From: a virus
DNA: 64,000 nt
Strand: one strand, 5' to 3'
IMG/VR virus record: IMGVR_UViG_3300037119_005846
Coordinates: 1 to 64,000 of that record
Positions 49,258 to 58,936 of this stretch are shown here, piece after piece. The notes beneath the pieces are model-generated. The model made no database searches and had not been told where the DNA came from. It worked only from the letters and a program-made list of their open reading frames with translations. Each line of letters opens with the position of its first letter. Position 1 is the stretch's first letter. Both the position numbers and the translations under genes were made by a program.

Positions 49258-50055
49258 ATGAGCGCCGTCGAGAGCGAGCAGACCACGCCGCCGGCAGAAG
49301 ACAAGCGAGTCAGCGCCGACGGCGACGACCGCCGTGATCGCGCCGTCAGCTCGTCCGGCTTCTACGCGTGGCTCGCCAAGTACGCCGACGATCGGTACAG
49401 CCCCCTGAAGGAGAAGCTCGACCGCAAGGCGCAGAGAGCTGTGCTCGGTGCGACGTTCAGTCGCGAGAAGATCGCCGCCTATCTCGAGTACGACGAAGAC
49501 CTCATGACTCTGCTGACCAACGCGGAGATGGAGTGGCGCGCCGACATGGTCGCGAAGGACGGCCTCAAGGCGCACATGGAGGTCGACACCAGTCCACGCT
49601 ATGACTTCCGCGATCCGACGATGAGACGCGCCCAGACATGTCGGTATCGCGGTGCGAGTGGCGTGTGCGGGAAGGGCGCCGTTCCGGGCACGGTTCGATG
49701 CGGCGAGCACGGCGGCGAGCTGGTCGATGAGGTGACGCGGCGAGCGATCCTCATGACGAGTTACTTGCAGATTGTCGAGGCCAGCGGTGTCGCCGTCGAG
49801 GCGCTGGTCGATGTCGCGCAGCACAGTCGCAACGACATCGCTCGAGTTGCCGCCGCGAAGGAGATTCTCGACCGCGCCGGCCTCACGGCAGATCTTCAGG
49901 TCACGGTGCACATCGAGGGAGACGAGCGCAACGAGCGCATCTCGCGACTGCGGGACCGGCTCGACTCGATGCAGAAGGGACTTCAGAGCCGAGCGATCGA
50001 CGCTGTCGCTCGCGAGGAGAACATCGTCGACGCGGAGGTCGTCGCCGCGGGGTAA
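49258..50055 (+). CDS. Putative terminase small subunit
   Basis: C......C...AVPG...C..HGG and RVAAAKEILDRAG motifs common in actinophage TerS-like proteins. Confidence 0.55.
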   Translation: MSAVESEQTTPPAEDKRVSADGDDRRDRAVSSSGFYAWLAKYADDRYSPLKEKLDRKAQRAVLGATFSREKIAAYLEYDEDLMTLLTNAEMEWRADMVAKDGLKAHMEVDTSPRYDFRDPTMRRAQTCRYRGASGVCGKGAVPGTVRCGEHGGELVDEVTRRAILMTSYLQIVEASGVAVEALVDVAQHSRNDIARVAAAKEILDRAGLTADLQVTVHIEGDERNERISRLRDRLDSMQKGLQSRAIDAVAREENIVDAEVVAAG

Positions 50056-50094
50056 GATAGGCAAGTCACATCAGACTCAGACAGGAGACAAGTC

Positions 50095-50436
50095 ATGGCA
50101 CTCGCAGAGGTTCCACCTCCTCACGACGACAAGTACATCACGTTCAAGCTCGACGACTTTATGACATGGGTGAGTCACGGCGTCGCAGACGACGAGGAAA
50201 AGTTCAAGCTCGCGTTCAACGACGCGGTCTTGCTCTCGCTTGATGACGCTGTCGTCATCCGCCGCCAGGACTACTTCGCCTCGCCGGCGCTGGCGACGTA
50301 CGCGGCGATGATCGCGATCACGATCAAGCTGATCGACGACCCGGATCGCCGCGCTCAGCTTCTCGCGATCGCCGACTACTTTACAAGACAATCAGAGCTC
50401 GCGGCGGATGAGGGATGGAAGTACCCCGACCTGTAG
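50095..50436 (+). CDS. Hypothetical protein
   Basis: AGGAG RBS; DAVVIRRQDYFA.PAL..YA. Confidence 0.6.
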   Translation: MALAEVPPPHDDKYITFKLDDFMTWVSHGVADDEEKFKLAFNDAVLLSLDDAVVIRRQDYFASPALATYAAMIAITIKLIDDPDRRAQLLAIADYFTRQSELAADEGWKYPDL

Positions 50437-50449
50437 TAGCTTGGATGTC

Positions 50450-50791
50450 GTGTTCGACATCCTGATTGTCATCGTCATCGCGGCGCTAATCGGGTTCCGT
50501 CTCGCTCGAGCTATCGCTATGGATGATGTTGGCAGGCCGATTCGTGACTGGACTGTCAAGTTCAAGGGTCGAAAGCCGCGCAGCCGGCCGCGGACGTGGC
50601 TCGTCGGCCTGATGCAGTGTCCGCACTGCATAGGTGTCTACGTAACGATCGTGGTCGGGCTCGCCGTTAGCGCGATCTTGCTCGATGTTGACTGGATCGT
50701 CGACCTGATCATCGCCGCCGCGGCGGTTGGTGCTCAGAGCCTGATGGCGACGTACGCTCAGGAGGAACAGGTCCACGTAGACCTTGAGTGA
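50450..50791 (+). CDS. DUF1360-like membrane protein
   Basis: RL.R.I..D....PIR and L..CP.C.GV; located before the portal. Confidence 0.65.
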   Translation: MFDILIVIVIAALIGFRLARAIAMDDVGRPIRDWTVKFKGRKPRSRPRTWLVGLMQCPHCIGVYVTIVVGLAVSAILLDVDWIVDLIIAAAAVGAQSLMATYAQEEQVHVDLE

Positions 50792-50803
50792 TACGGTTGG
50801 CCG

Positions 50804-52519
50804 GTGGCAGCACGACGGTTCTTCGATGACTCGACTAATCTCGCGAGACAACCGTACGCGACACCGCGTCCGATCGTTGGCTCCGTCGAGCGACTGAATC
50901 TGAGCAAGGGCAGCGAGCGAGTCGAGAAGCGTGCCGTCAGCGCATGGCAGACGAGCGCGTGGCAGATGTTCGACGCCATCGGCGAAGTCCACTTCGCCTT
51001 CAGTCTGATCGCTCAGATCCTCAGTCGGGTCCGGATCTTCGCCGCGATCGTGCAGCATCAGGACGAGGCACCTGTCGACGTCAACGACTTTGTCAAGTCT
51101 CTTCAGGGCGACGCAGAAGTCGACGCTCCGAACACGCGCGAGGCCTGCGAAGAGGCGACCAAGATCCTTAACCAGCTCGTCCTCAACGCGCACGGCGGCA
51201 TCAGCACGCTGCTCAGACTGATGGGGTTGAACCTCTGCGTTCCCGGCGAGATGTACCTTCTCTACTTCAAGGATGAGTGGCACATCGCCAGCGTTGACGA
51301 GCTGACGCAGAGCGGCCAGACGCTGTACTACCGGACGATGCGGACCTCTCCTAACACCGGCACCAAGGCAACAGCTGGTCGCGGCGAACCGCTGCCGAAG
51401 GACGCGTTCGTCGCGCGCATCTGGCGACCGCACCCACGGTACTCCGGCGAGCCGGACAGCTCGATGCTCGGAGTCCTTGATGACTGCGAACTGCTCGTCC
51501 TGCTCGAGCAGTCGATGAGGACGATCACGCGGAGCCGGATGAACGCCGGCGTGATGTTCATCCCCGAGGGACTCGCGTCGTTCGTTGCCGGCGACGAGGC
51601 AATGAGTGTCGAGGATGCGATCAGTCGAGCTAGCATCGAGAGTGTTGAGAACGAGACGGCTCAGGCGACCGTGGTGCCGCAGATTCTGAAGGGCCCGCCC
51701 GAGCTCGGCGACAAGATCAAGTGGATCCCGTATGGTCGGCAGATCGACCAGCAGTTCGTCGAACTCGTCGACAGGACGTTGCAACGCGTCCTTCAAGGGA
51801 TCGACATTCCGAAGGAAGTCGTCTCCGGCCTCGCTGACGCGAAGTTCGCTAACGCGATCGTGATCACAGATGAGCTGTTCAAGGCGCATGTCGAGCCGCT
51901 CGTGCTCTTGTGTGTCGATGCACTGACGCAGGTCTATCTGAGGCCGCTGCTCAAGCGAGCACTCGGGATTGCTCCGGGCTCGGACGCGGACAGTGATGGC
52001 TCGAACATCGCTAACCGGATCATCATCTGGGCCGACACCGCCGGTATCGCTACGCGACCCGACAAGAGCCAGGCGGCGAACGACGGCTTCGACCGGAAGG
52101 TCCTCAGCGCCAAGGCGTGGCGTGACACGCGAGGGTTCACGGACTCCGACGCGCCAGAAGAAGAGGAGCTGCTGTTCCGCGTGGCGCTTCAGAGCGCGGT
52201 CATCCCGCCGGAGATCGTCGAGGCGGTGCTCAAGCGGATCGACCCGGCGTTCTTCGCAGCAGCTCGCGCGGCTAACTCGGAGATCCCACCGGAGATCGAG
52301 CAACTGCTCGAGCCGGTGCTCGGGCCACCACCCGGCGAGGCACCATCAGCCGCCGGCGGGGCGGGCACTCGGCCGTCGTCTGGCACCACGGCGCCGCCGG
52401 TGAATCCAGCGCCGCCGGGGGCCGCGCCGCCGTCCGCGCTGACGACGCAGCTGAATGGCGCGGACATCAACACGAATGGCTCGAAGCCACCGCGAGCCGG
52501 CGAAGCGGCACTCCGCTAG
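50804..52519 (+). CDS. Portal protein
   Basis: WQ..AW..FDAIGE, NL.VPGE.YL, RIWRPHP...EPDS, R..SR.NAG..FIP and GIDIP.E...G....F.NA motifs of actinophage portals. Confidence 0.85.
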   Translation: MAARRFFDDSTNLARQPYATPRPIVGSVERLNLSKGSERVEKRAVSAWQTSAWQMFDAIGEVHFAFSLIAQILSRVRIFAAIVQHQDEAPVDVNDFVKSLQGDAEVDAPNTREACEEATKILNQLVLNAHGGISTLLRLMGLNLCVPGEMYLLYFKDEWHIASVDELTQSGQTLYYRTMRTSPNTGTKATAGRGEPLPKDAFVARIWRPHPRYSGEPDSSMLGVLDDCELLVLLEQSMRTITRSRMNAGVMFIPEGLASFVAGDEAMSVEDAISRASIESVENETAQATVVPQILKGPPELGDKIKWIPYGRQIDQQFVELVDRTLQRVLQGIDIPKEVVSGLADAKFANAIVITDELFKAHVEPLVLLCVDALTQVYLRPLLKRALGIAPGSDADSDGSNIANRIIIWADTAGIATRPDKSQAANDGFDRKVLSAKAWRDTRGFTDSDAPEEEELLFRVALQSAVIPPEIVEAVLKRIDPAFFAAARAANSEIPPEIEQLLEPVLGPPPGEAPSAAGGAGTRPSSGTTAPPVNPAPPGAAPPSALTTQLNGADINTNGSKPPRAGEAALR

Positions 52520-52541
52520 CCGACCGGCCACGAGGCCCGAG

Positions 52542-52570
52542 TGGCATTTCTATACATCACGTGGTATAAT
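52542..52570 (+). promoter_or_regulatory. Promoter TGGCAT-N17-TATAAT (leaderless ATG 52577)
   Basis: Family member. Confidence 0.75.
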
Positions 52571-52576
52571 GGCCAC

Positions 52577-52873
52577 ATGACACAGACTTCAGACAAGGCG
52601 CTGGCGCCAGACCAGGTGGTCACGATCGCCGGCACCGTCGGATTCTTCAAGGTCAAGGAGATCCCGGACCACGGCCGGTTCGTCGTACTGTACGGTGGCA
52701 ACGTCCAGAGGCGCGGCGGTATCAAGGCGTCGAGTCGTACGGTGCCGCCGGCGAAGGTCGAGCCGATCACTAGCTCGGCGACTCTGAAGCGAGCGAACGC
52801 CACACTGCATGCCATCGCCGAGGCGATGGAAGCCGCACCGCACCCGCACTACAAGAAGGCCGGCGCCAAGTAG
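52577..52873 (+). CDS. Hypothetical protein (leaderless, MTQT start)
   Basis: ATG 6 nt after TATAAT. Confidence 0.6.
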   Translation: MTQTSDKALAPDQVVTIAGTVGFFKVKEIPDHGRFVVLYGGNVQRRGGIKASSRTVPPAKVEPITSSATLKRANATLHAIAEAMEAAPHPHYKKAGAK

Positions 52874-52904
52874 CTCGGCCGCAACCCGAGAGGCAAGACG
52901 AGAC

Positions 52905-53117
52905 ATGAACGACCTGCGCAAGAGCAAGTTCGAGACCAAGGTAGCAGCGGCTGAGGCCGCCGTTGCCGCCGGCGCCAAGCTGTACGTCGGTGGACGACGT
53001 ACCGTCGCCACTGCAGAGGAAGAAGGCGAGACACGGGTGTATAACCTCGGCGGCGGTGAGGGCGCCTACCAGTGGCGCTGGCTGACCGCGCTGGATGATC
53101 CGAGTGGCATTCGGTAA
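52905..53117 (+). CDS. Hypothetical protein
   Basis: 70-aa ORF; its end overlaps the next -35. Confidence 0.5.
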   Translation: MNDLRKSKFETKVAAAEAAVAAGAKLYVGGRRTVATAEEEGETRVYNLGGGEGAYQWRWLTALDDPSGIR

Positions 53118-53133
53118 CATCACAATGTATAAT
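53105..53133 (+). promoter_or_regulatory. Promoter TGGCAT-N17-TATAAT for Ku
   Basis: Family member; followed by hairpin 53141-53163. Confidence 0.75.
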
Positions 53134-53199
53134 GACATCAGCCAGCCGGCGAACCCGGCTGGCACCAGGACTTCAGACACAGACAAAGGAACCAACCCA

Positions 53200-54009
53200 A
53201 TGCACGCAACAGCCCCAGTGCCGAACCGATCGACGTCATCGTTTGTCGTCTCCTTCGGCCTGATCAACATCCCGGTCAGCGTCTACACGACGGTGGCCGA
53301 GACCAAGGTCGCCCGCAAGGAGTTCACCGCGGACGGCCACGCCGTCGGCCGTAAGCCGTACGACAAGGAAACGGGCGCTGACGTCAACTTCGGTGACGTC
53401 GTCAAGATGGTCGAGGTCGGCGGCGCCACAGTGCCGCTGTCCGACGAGGAGATCGCTGGCGCGACCGGCCACGTCGCCGGTGTCGCGCCGATCGTCGGCC
53501 GCGTCTCGATGACCGAGCTCAACTCGGACTTCATTGCCGAGCGCGTCTACCAGCTTCGCCCGAAGAGCGACAAGAAGGTTCAGAAGGCGAGTGATCGCGC
53601 ATTTGCGCTGCTGATCGCCACGCTGAAGGAGACAGACGAGGCCGCGCTGGTGCGAGTCAGCATCCGCGGCACTGTCGCCAAGTGGGGCGCGATCACACCG
53701 GACGGGTACCTCCGCATCATCCACAGCGCAGACCAGGTGAAGGCGGCGCTGCCAATGCCCGACGCGGTCGTCACCGAGAAGGAGACGGAGCTCGCCAAGG
53801 CACTCCTTGGCGCGATCCCGACACTGGCCGTGGAGGACCTCCGTGACGATTCCAGTGAGCGGATTGCCGCATACGTCGACGAGAAGCTGGCTGCTCTGGC
53901 TGGCACTGGCACACTGCTGACCGAGCCGATGGCTCTGACGCCGGCCGCGGTCGATGACATGTTCGCAGCGCTTCAGGCAAGCATGGACGCCCTCGTGGCG
54001 AAAGGATGA
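53200..54009 (+). CDS. ku: Ku DNA end-binding protein
   Basis: SFGLINIPVSVY, V....VVK..E.G...V.LSDEEI, Y.L.P, F.LL...L and E..LAK.L motifs; AAGGA RBS. Confidence 0.85.
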   Translation: MHATAPVPNRSTSSFVVSFGLINIPVSVYTTVAETKVARKEFTADGHAVGRKPYDKETGADVNFGDVVKMVEVGGATVPLSDEEIAGATGHVAGVAPIVGRVSMTELNSDFIAERVYQLRPKSDKKVQKASDRAFALLIATLKETDEAALVRVSIRGTVAKWGAITPDGYLRIIHSADQVKAALPMPDAVVTEKETELAKALLGAIPTLAVEDLRDDSSERIAAYVDEKLAALAGTGTLLTEPMALTPAAVDDMFAALQASMDALVAKG

Positions 54010-54015
54010 AATGAA

Positions 54016-54207
54016 ATGATCACACCACAACAGCGGCTGGCTGCCAGCAACAAAGCGAACGCCAAGCGTCGAGCACTGTCAGCCGAGACGAAGGGTCTGG
54101 CCGACTGCGGTCGGGCCTCGTCTGGTCGGTATAGCACTGGCTGCCGATGTGACGCGTGTCGCACGGCAAAGCGCGAGTACGACGCAGCGAGAATTGCCAC
54201 CGCGTGA
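54016..54207 (+). CDS. Small Cys-rich protein
   Basis: Y..GCRC..C..A motif. Confidence 0.55.
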   Translation: MITPQQRLAASNKANAKRRALSAETKGLADCGRASSGRYSTGCRCDACRTAKREYDAARIATA

Positions 54208-54221
54208 TAGTGTCCCGTGTC

Positions 54222-55793
54222 ATGAGGGCACGGGTGGCGGCACTGTTGGTGGCGAGTGCGGCGGTGATCGGGATACCGGCTGTTGCTCTCACGGAATCGG
54301 GTGGTGTGGTGCAGGGCGGCGGGTCCTACACCACGACCTCCCATCCGTCGTACACAACGACGACGACGACGATCACTCCACCCACCAGCACCTCCTCCCC
54401 GTCCACCACGACTACGACGGCGGGTTCGACCACTACGTCCTCTACTCCGACCTCTACTTCGACTACGAGCGTGGTGACTTCTACGAGTACGACGACTACG
54501 ACCTTGACAACTACGTCCACGACCGCAGCGTCGACCACCACGACGACTGAGGTCATCAAGAAGGTCTTTGTCTGTAAGTTCGTGGGGACGCCGGGAGTTG
54601 ATGAGAGACTTCAGACTGGTCAGAACCCGATCTCGGTCAGCGTCAACGCCATCCCCAACTGGGACGGCGTGATCGGCTCCTTCTTCGCTGACGCCCAGGG
54701 CCGCAGTCGGGTGATCGCCTTCGACGTCGGCCAGCCCGAACCTGACGTGTCTCAATGCCTCCCTGGTGGTGGTACAACAACTACATCGTCAAGCACCACG
54801 ACAAGTTCGACCACCGCGCCAAGCACGACGACCTCCACCGTCGTGCCTACGAGCACGTCTACGACGACTTCCACCCCATCTTCTACGACGACGACTTCCT
54901 CGACTTCTACTTCCCTCCCCCAGATCACACCGTTCGCGATCGAGGTCGCCCCGCTGTGCCCGGACGGGACGACACCGCAGATCGAGATCACGTTCGGGGT
55001 ACGCCCTGATCTGAACGGTCAGACCGGCACCCTGAGCTTCTCCACCGGAGGGTCGGTCCCGTTGGTGTTCAACTCGGGTGGGACGACCGACATCGCGTAT
55101 CCGGCGTCGGCCGGGACCGGGCCGGTGACGATGACCTACACGTTGGGGGCCGAAAGTGTGGAGCGCTCGACGACCTTCCCCGAAGCTTGTGAGGTGACGA
55201 CATCAACGACCACGACGACCTTGATTGGCACGACGACGTCTACAGCGGCTCCGACGACGACGACCGCTCCGTCGACATCTACAACGAGCACCAGCAGCAC
55301 GTCCGTGCCATCCTCGACGACTACTTCGTCGACCACCTCAACGACCCTGCCTGACACGTTCACGTTCGGCGCGGCCGGCACGGTGTGCGTGCGTGAGGTG
55401 CCGACGATCCGCATCACCTTCCAGAACCTGTTCCCGTCCCTCGCCGGGCAGACGGGCACTCTGACCATGACGGCGGCGGCAACGGGCGAAGTCGTTGGCG
55501 TCCAGTCCCTCGTCTATGAACCCGGGACGACAGTCGACATCCTCTACCCGGGGACGCATGTCAATCCCGACGGCTCCGTGGCCGACGTCCCCGGGTGGAT
55601 TCTCAACGAGGACGGCTTCTGGATTCAGGACCCGTCCGATGCCTTCCTCCGCGACGGCATTTTCCTCACTTACGAGGTGAACCCGACGGCAGGCCCGGTG
55701 CTGGTGCTTTACCCACCCGAGTCGAGCGCCTGCGCCAACCCGGACGGCCCGTTCCCGCCGTTGAATCCGAACCAGCTGCCGCCTACCGCGTAG
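54222..55793 (+). CDS. Secreted Ser/Thr-rich, mucin-like surface protein ending in LPPTA
   Basis: Signal peptide, three Thr/Ser tracts separating Cys-bounded beta domains (the second and third similar). Confidence 0.75.
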   Translation: MRARVAALLVASAAVIGIPAVALTESGGVVQGGGSYTTTSHPSYTTTTTTITPPTSTSSPSTTTTTAGSTTTSSTPTSTSTTSVVTSTSTTTTTLTTTSTTAASTTTTTEVIKKVFVCKFVGTPGVDERLQTGQNPISVSVNAIPNWDGVIGSFFADAQGRSRVIAFDVGQPEPDVSQCLPGGGTTTTSSSTTTSSTTAPSTTTSTVVPTSTSTTTSTPSSTTTTSSTSTSLPQITPFAIEVAPLCPDGTTPQIEITFGVRPDLNGQTGTLSFSTGGSVPLVFNSGGTTDIAYPASAGTGPVTMTYTLGAESVERSTTFPEACEVTTSTTTTTLIGTTTSTAAPTTTTAPSTSTTSTSSTSVPSSTTTSSTTSTTLPDTFTFGAAGTVCVREVPTIRITFQNLFPSLAGQTGTLTMTAAATGEVVGVQSLVYEPGTTVDILYPGTHVNPDGSVADVPGWILNEDGFWIQDPSDAFLRDGIFLTYEVNPTAGPVLVLYPPESSACANPDGPFPPLNPNQLPPTA

Positions 55794-55802
55794 GCTGATA
55801 CC

Positions 55803-55844
55803 GCGAGCCGGCCCTCTCAACTGTGGGGGGAGGGGGCGGCTCGC
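55803..55844 (+). terminator. Stem-loop terminator
   Basis: GCGAGCCG-GCCCTC ... GAGGGGG-CGGCTCGC. Confidence 0.55.
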
Positions 55845-55872
55845 TTGACCGCAGACACAGACAGGAACACAG

Positions 55873-56448
55873 ATGACACTGAGTATGGATGAACACGCAC
55901 GGCTGGATGAGACGCGAGGAGGAGCATGGCTGACACCGTCAGAGGCGAGGCGTCATGACTTTCTGACGACGACGAGCGGCGGCCTGATCGACAAGGTCGA
56001 CGCTGCCGCAGTGTTCGGCGCTGGCGGTGGCGGCGTCGCCGCGTACCTCCGGCACGTCAGTCATGTCGCGAGCTTGACGCTCGTCGAGGATGACGCGTCC
56101 GGACTGATCGCGCTGCGGAACACGTACACCGGCGCTCGCGGCGTGACGATCGTCGAGGCCGATCCGGTCGAGGCACTGGACGATGTCATCCGGCAGCGCC
56201 AGCCGTCCGTGGTGATCCTTGACCTACGTGGCCGCGAGGTGGAGCCGCCCGTGGTCCGGGTATTGGCACAGCCGCTTGATCGCGTCGAGGTCCTGTGGGT
56301 CATCTACGGGCCTGAGACGGACTCCGAGCGGGCCGCGGGCCTCGACGAGATGATCCGGACCTGGCACTCGGACGAGCTGCGTTGGTACCTGCAGTCGGTG
56401 AAGCACAACGACGAGATCGGCTCGCTGCTCGTGTATGCCAGAGAGTGA
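55873..56448 (+). CDS. SAM-binding Rossmann-fold (methyltransferase-like) protein
   Basis: VFGAGGG motif I, LVEDD, IVEAD, VILD. Confidence 0.55.
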   Translation: MTLSMDEHARLDETRGGAWLTPSEARRHDFLTTTSGGLIDKVDAAAVFGAGGGGVAAYLRHVSHVASLTLVEDDASGLIALRNTYTGARGVTIVEADPVEALDDVIRQRQPSVVILDLRGREVEPPVVRVLAQPLDRVEVLWVIYGPETDSERAAGLDEMIRTWHSDELRWYLQSVKHNDEIGSLLVYARE

Positions 56449-56501
56449 CCGCGAAGTTCATAGTATAGTATAGTAAGTGACACAGACAGGAAGGATGACG
56501 G

Positions 56502-56840
56502 ATGACGTTGCGACTAGAGGACATGACGACGGTCGACCACGAGACGTTGGTGGGCGCGCTGCGATGCGCCACGATCGGTCACGCGTGGTTCGACGTCGAC
56601 TCGACGTGGAAGCCGAACATGGGTGTGCCACTGACAGTCCGCTGCGAGCGCTGCGGCCGCGAGCGGCGTGACACACTGGACGTTCACGGTGAGGTGCTCA
56701 ACCGGGACTACTGGCCGCGCAAGTCGTGGCTCCGCTACCCGAAGCATCAGCGACCATCTCGCGCTGAGTTTCGTCAGCTGCTGCTGAAGCAGCGGATGCT
56801 CGAGGCTCGTGAGGCTCGGAAGATGGCGGTGAGCGCATGA
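56502..56840 (+). CDS. Zn-binding hypothetical protein
   Basis: C..IGHAW...RCERCG..R.D. Confidence 0.6.
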   Translation: MTLRLEDMTTVDHETLVGALRCATIGHAWFDVDSTWKPNMGVPLTVRCERCGRERRDTLDVHGEVLNRDYWPRKSWLRYPKHQRPSRAEFRQLLLKQRMLEAREARKMAVSA

Positions 56841-57172
56841 CTCGTGAGAAGGTGCCGTGCCCGGAGTGCGGCGTCGAGTACTACCGCGGTCCCGGCATCA
56901 CGATGCATCGCAAGAGCGCGCACGGCGTTCAGCCGGCCGGCAACGCGGCCTTGCGGAAGCGTGATCGTGAGCGAAAGCGTCGCTCTCGCGCGAAGGCAAA
57001 GTCTTTGACGCCGACGACGGCGCAAGTCGACGCTGGCTCGGAGTTGACGGCCGACGACATTCTCGTCTCATTCGTCTCCATGCGATGGCCGGAGCGAATG
57101 CCGACATCCGTGATGGCACCACTGCTTGACTGGCGTGAGGCGACCAGTCGGATGCTCGAGCGAACTCAGTGA
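56837..57172 (+). CDS. C2H2 zinc-finger protein
   Basis: CPECG.......I.MH...AH. Confidence 0.6.
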   Translation: MTREKVPCPECGVEYYRGPGITMHRKSAHGVQPAGNAALRKRDRERKRRSRAKAKSLTPTTAQVDAGSELTADDILVSFVSMRWPERMPTSVMAPLLDWREATSRMLERTQ

Positions 57173-57660
57173 CCTACTCGTACTCGTCTCGTGTCGTCCT
57201 CGGGCAGTGTCCCGGCGAGGGTGGCCCGCTGCCGTTCTTCGGCGACGTGCCATCGGACTCCGCCGGGCGCATGGACAAGTTGATGGCGAACTGGCGCGAT
57301 CATGCGCGGGGCGTGAACCTCTGGTGGAACGCGCACGACTGGCAGTGGGGCAATCCGCATCACCTCGACGACATCGTCGCGGAGACTCAGTGTGAGCTGA
57401 TCGTTGGCCTTGGCACGTTCGTCTGCACAGAGCTCGGCATGAACAAGCGCGGTGACATCTTCGAAGCTGAGGTCGTGCCATTGCTCACTCGCGAAGTTCT
57501 CGCAGTTCGCTTTCCACACCCGTCCGGGCGCAATCACTTCTGGAACATGGAGCGCAACCGTGAGTGGGCGGCACACGCGCTCCAGTACTCTCTGACAGCG
57601 CCGATCAGCGAGATCCGTGAACTGACGAAGCATGACAGGCGCTGGGTAGCAGCACGATGA
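57169..57660 (+). CDS. Uracil-DNA glycosylase-like superfamily protein
   Basis: VLGQCPG, IVGLG and FPHPSGRN.FWN motifs. Confidence 0.6.
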   Translation: MTYSYSSRVVLGQCPGEGGPLPFFGDVPSDSAGRMDKLMANWRDHARGVNLWWNAHDWQWGNPHHLDDIVAETQCELIVGLGTFVCTELGMNKRGDIFEAEVVPLLTREVLAVRFPHPSGRNHFWNMERNREWAAHALQYSLTAPISEIRELTKHDRRWVAAR

Positions 57661-58577
57661 GTGAAGCCATAAGAGTCAGTCACAGCGACATCGCGTCGTT
57701 CCTTCGCTGCCGGCGCCAGTTCGCGTGGTCATACATCGACGATTTCCGCGAGCCGGAGCGACTCTGGGGGCCGATGGCCACGGGCAGCCGCGTCCACAGC
57801 GCGATCGAGCAGGCGCGCAAGACGGCGACGCCGATTGTGGAGACCCACAAGGCACTGGCCGCTCGTGATGAAGAAGTCTTGATCGCGACTCGCGCTCCCG
57901 GCTGGGCCCTGGACGATTTCTACGAGAACGTGATCATGGGCCGCAACTGCTGCATCGCCTATGAGCGCTGGGTCGAGACCGAGGGACCGTACGATGGCTA
58001 CGACGTCGAGTCAGAGGTGCTCCTCGAGGCACCGATCCTGGACGGCCGCGCGATTCTCATCGGCAAGGCCGACCTGCTGCTGACTCGGCGCGACGACGGC
58101 TGGATCTTCACGGACGACATCAAGACGTCGTCGACGCACGTCCGGACGACGCTGCCGGTGATCCTCGAGAAGAGTTATCAGCATATCTGCTATCAGGGCC
58201 TCGCTCAGCGGATGAACCCGGAGGCGCACATCGGCGAGGCGTGGTACACGATCCTGTTCAAGGCGAAGAATCCGGCGAGGATGACTCACCCGATGGTGGA
58301 ACGGTTCCGGGTGCCCGGCCATATCAGCGCGCTGCCGAATCGCATGCGACAGGTCGAGACGATCGTCGCCGACATGCTGGCGCTGATGGAGCGCCGCGAG
58401 AGTGAGGGTGCACACGTCGCCTACCCGACTCCCGGAGACAGCTGCCGGTGGTGTCCCATGAGATTACCGTGTGGGTTGGTAGATGAAAATCCTTTGGGCG
58501 CTCGAGCACTGCTCGATGTTGAGTTCGTGCGCGGCGGCCGCCATGCACGGTACGACAATGAAGGAAACAGGAGATGA
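57657..58577 (+). CDS. PD-(D/E)XK (Cas4/RecB-like) exonuclease
   Basis: S.S.I..FLRC.RQF, GS.VH..IE, E....GKADL...DDIKT, Q...Y and C.WCP....C motifs. Confidence 0.85.
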   Translation: MSEAIRVSHSDIASFLRCRRQFAWSYIDDFREPERLWGPMATGSRVHSAIEQARKTATPIVETHKALAARDEEVLIATRAPGWALDDFYENVIMGRNCCIAYERWVETEGPYDGYDVESEVLLEAPILDGRAILIGKADLLLTRRDDGWIFTDDIKTSSTHVRTTLPVILEKSYQHICYQGLAQRMNPEAHIGEAWYTILFKAKNPARMTHPMVERFRVPGHISALPNRMRQVETIVADMLALMERRESEGAHVAYPTPGDSCRWCPMRLPCGLVDENPLGARALLDVEFVRGGRHARYDNEGNRR

Positions 58578-58578
58578 C

Positions 58579-58911
58579 ATGACGAACACTATGACTACTG
58601 ACACGACCGTAGAGCTGATGTCGCCATCGCCGGACGTAGCGAAGATGCGTGATCAGCTCGACATAATCGGCATGCTCGCGCTGCTGCCGTATCCGTTCAC
58701 GCCAGATCAGGCGATGAAGGTATTCCGCCTCATCGACCACATCGTGCTTGACTTGAGCGCTCCGCTGATCGACATCTGGCCGCGTGAGGAATCGAAGAAT
58801 CGCTACATCGCGCTGAAGTTCAAGGGCTTCTCCAAGGCGATGTACGTGCACTCGAACACGCGCACCGATAGCTACGTCGACATGCCGGACGGTCGGCGAG
58901 TGACTCTTTGA
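58579..58911 (+). CDS. Hypothetical protein
   Basis: AGGAG RBS. Confidence 0.55.
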   Translation: MTNTMTTDTTVELMSPSPDVAKMRDQLDIIGMLALLPYPFTPDQAMKVFRLIDHIVLDLSAPLIDIWPREESKNRYIALKFKGFSKAMYVHSNTRTDSYVDMPDGRRVTL

Positions 58912-58936
58912 TCATGATCAACGACAGGAGAATGAC

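Noticed and set aside
50486-52303. 605-aa minus-strand ORF (also 8335-9771, 27237-28325, 48811-50064)
   Set aside because: Antisense to clear portal, capsid and terminase genes; no recognisable motifs; expected in GC-rich DNA.
57657-58577. CRISPR-associated Cas4
   Set aside because: Sits with a Sak4-like ATPase and SSB; typical stand-alone phage recombination exonuclease.
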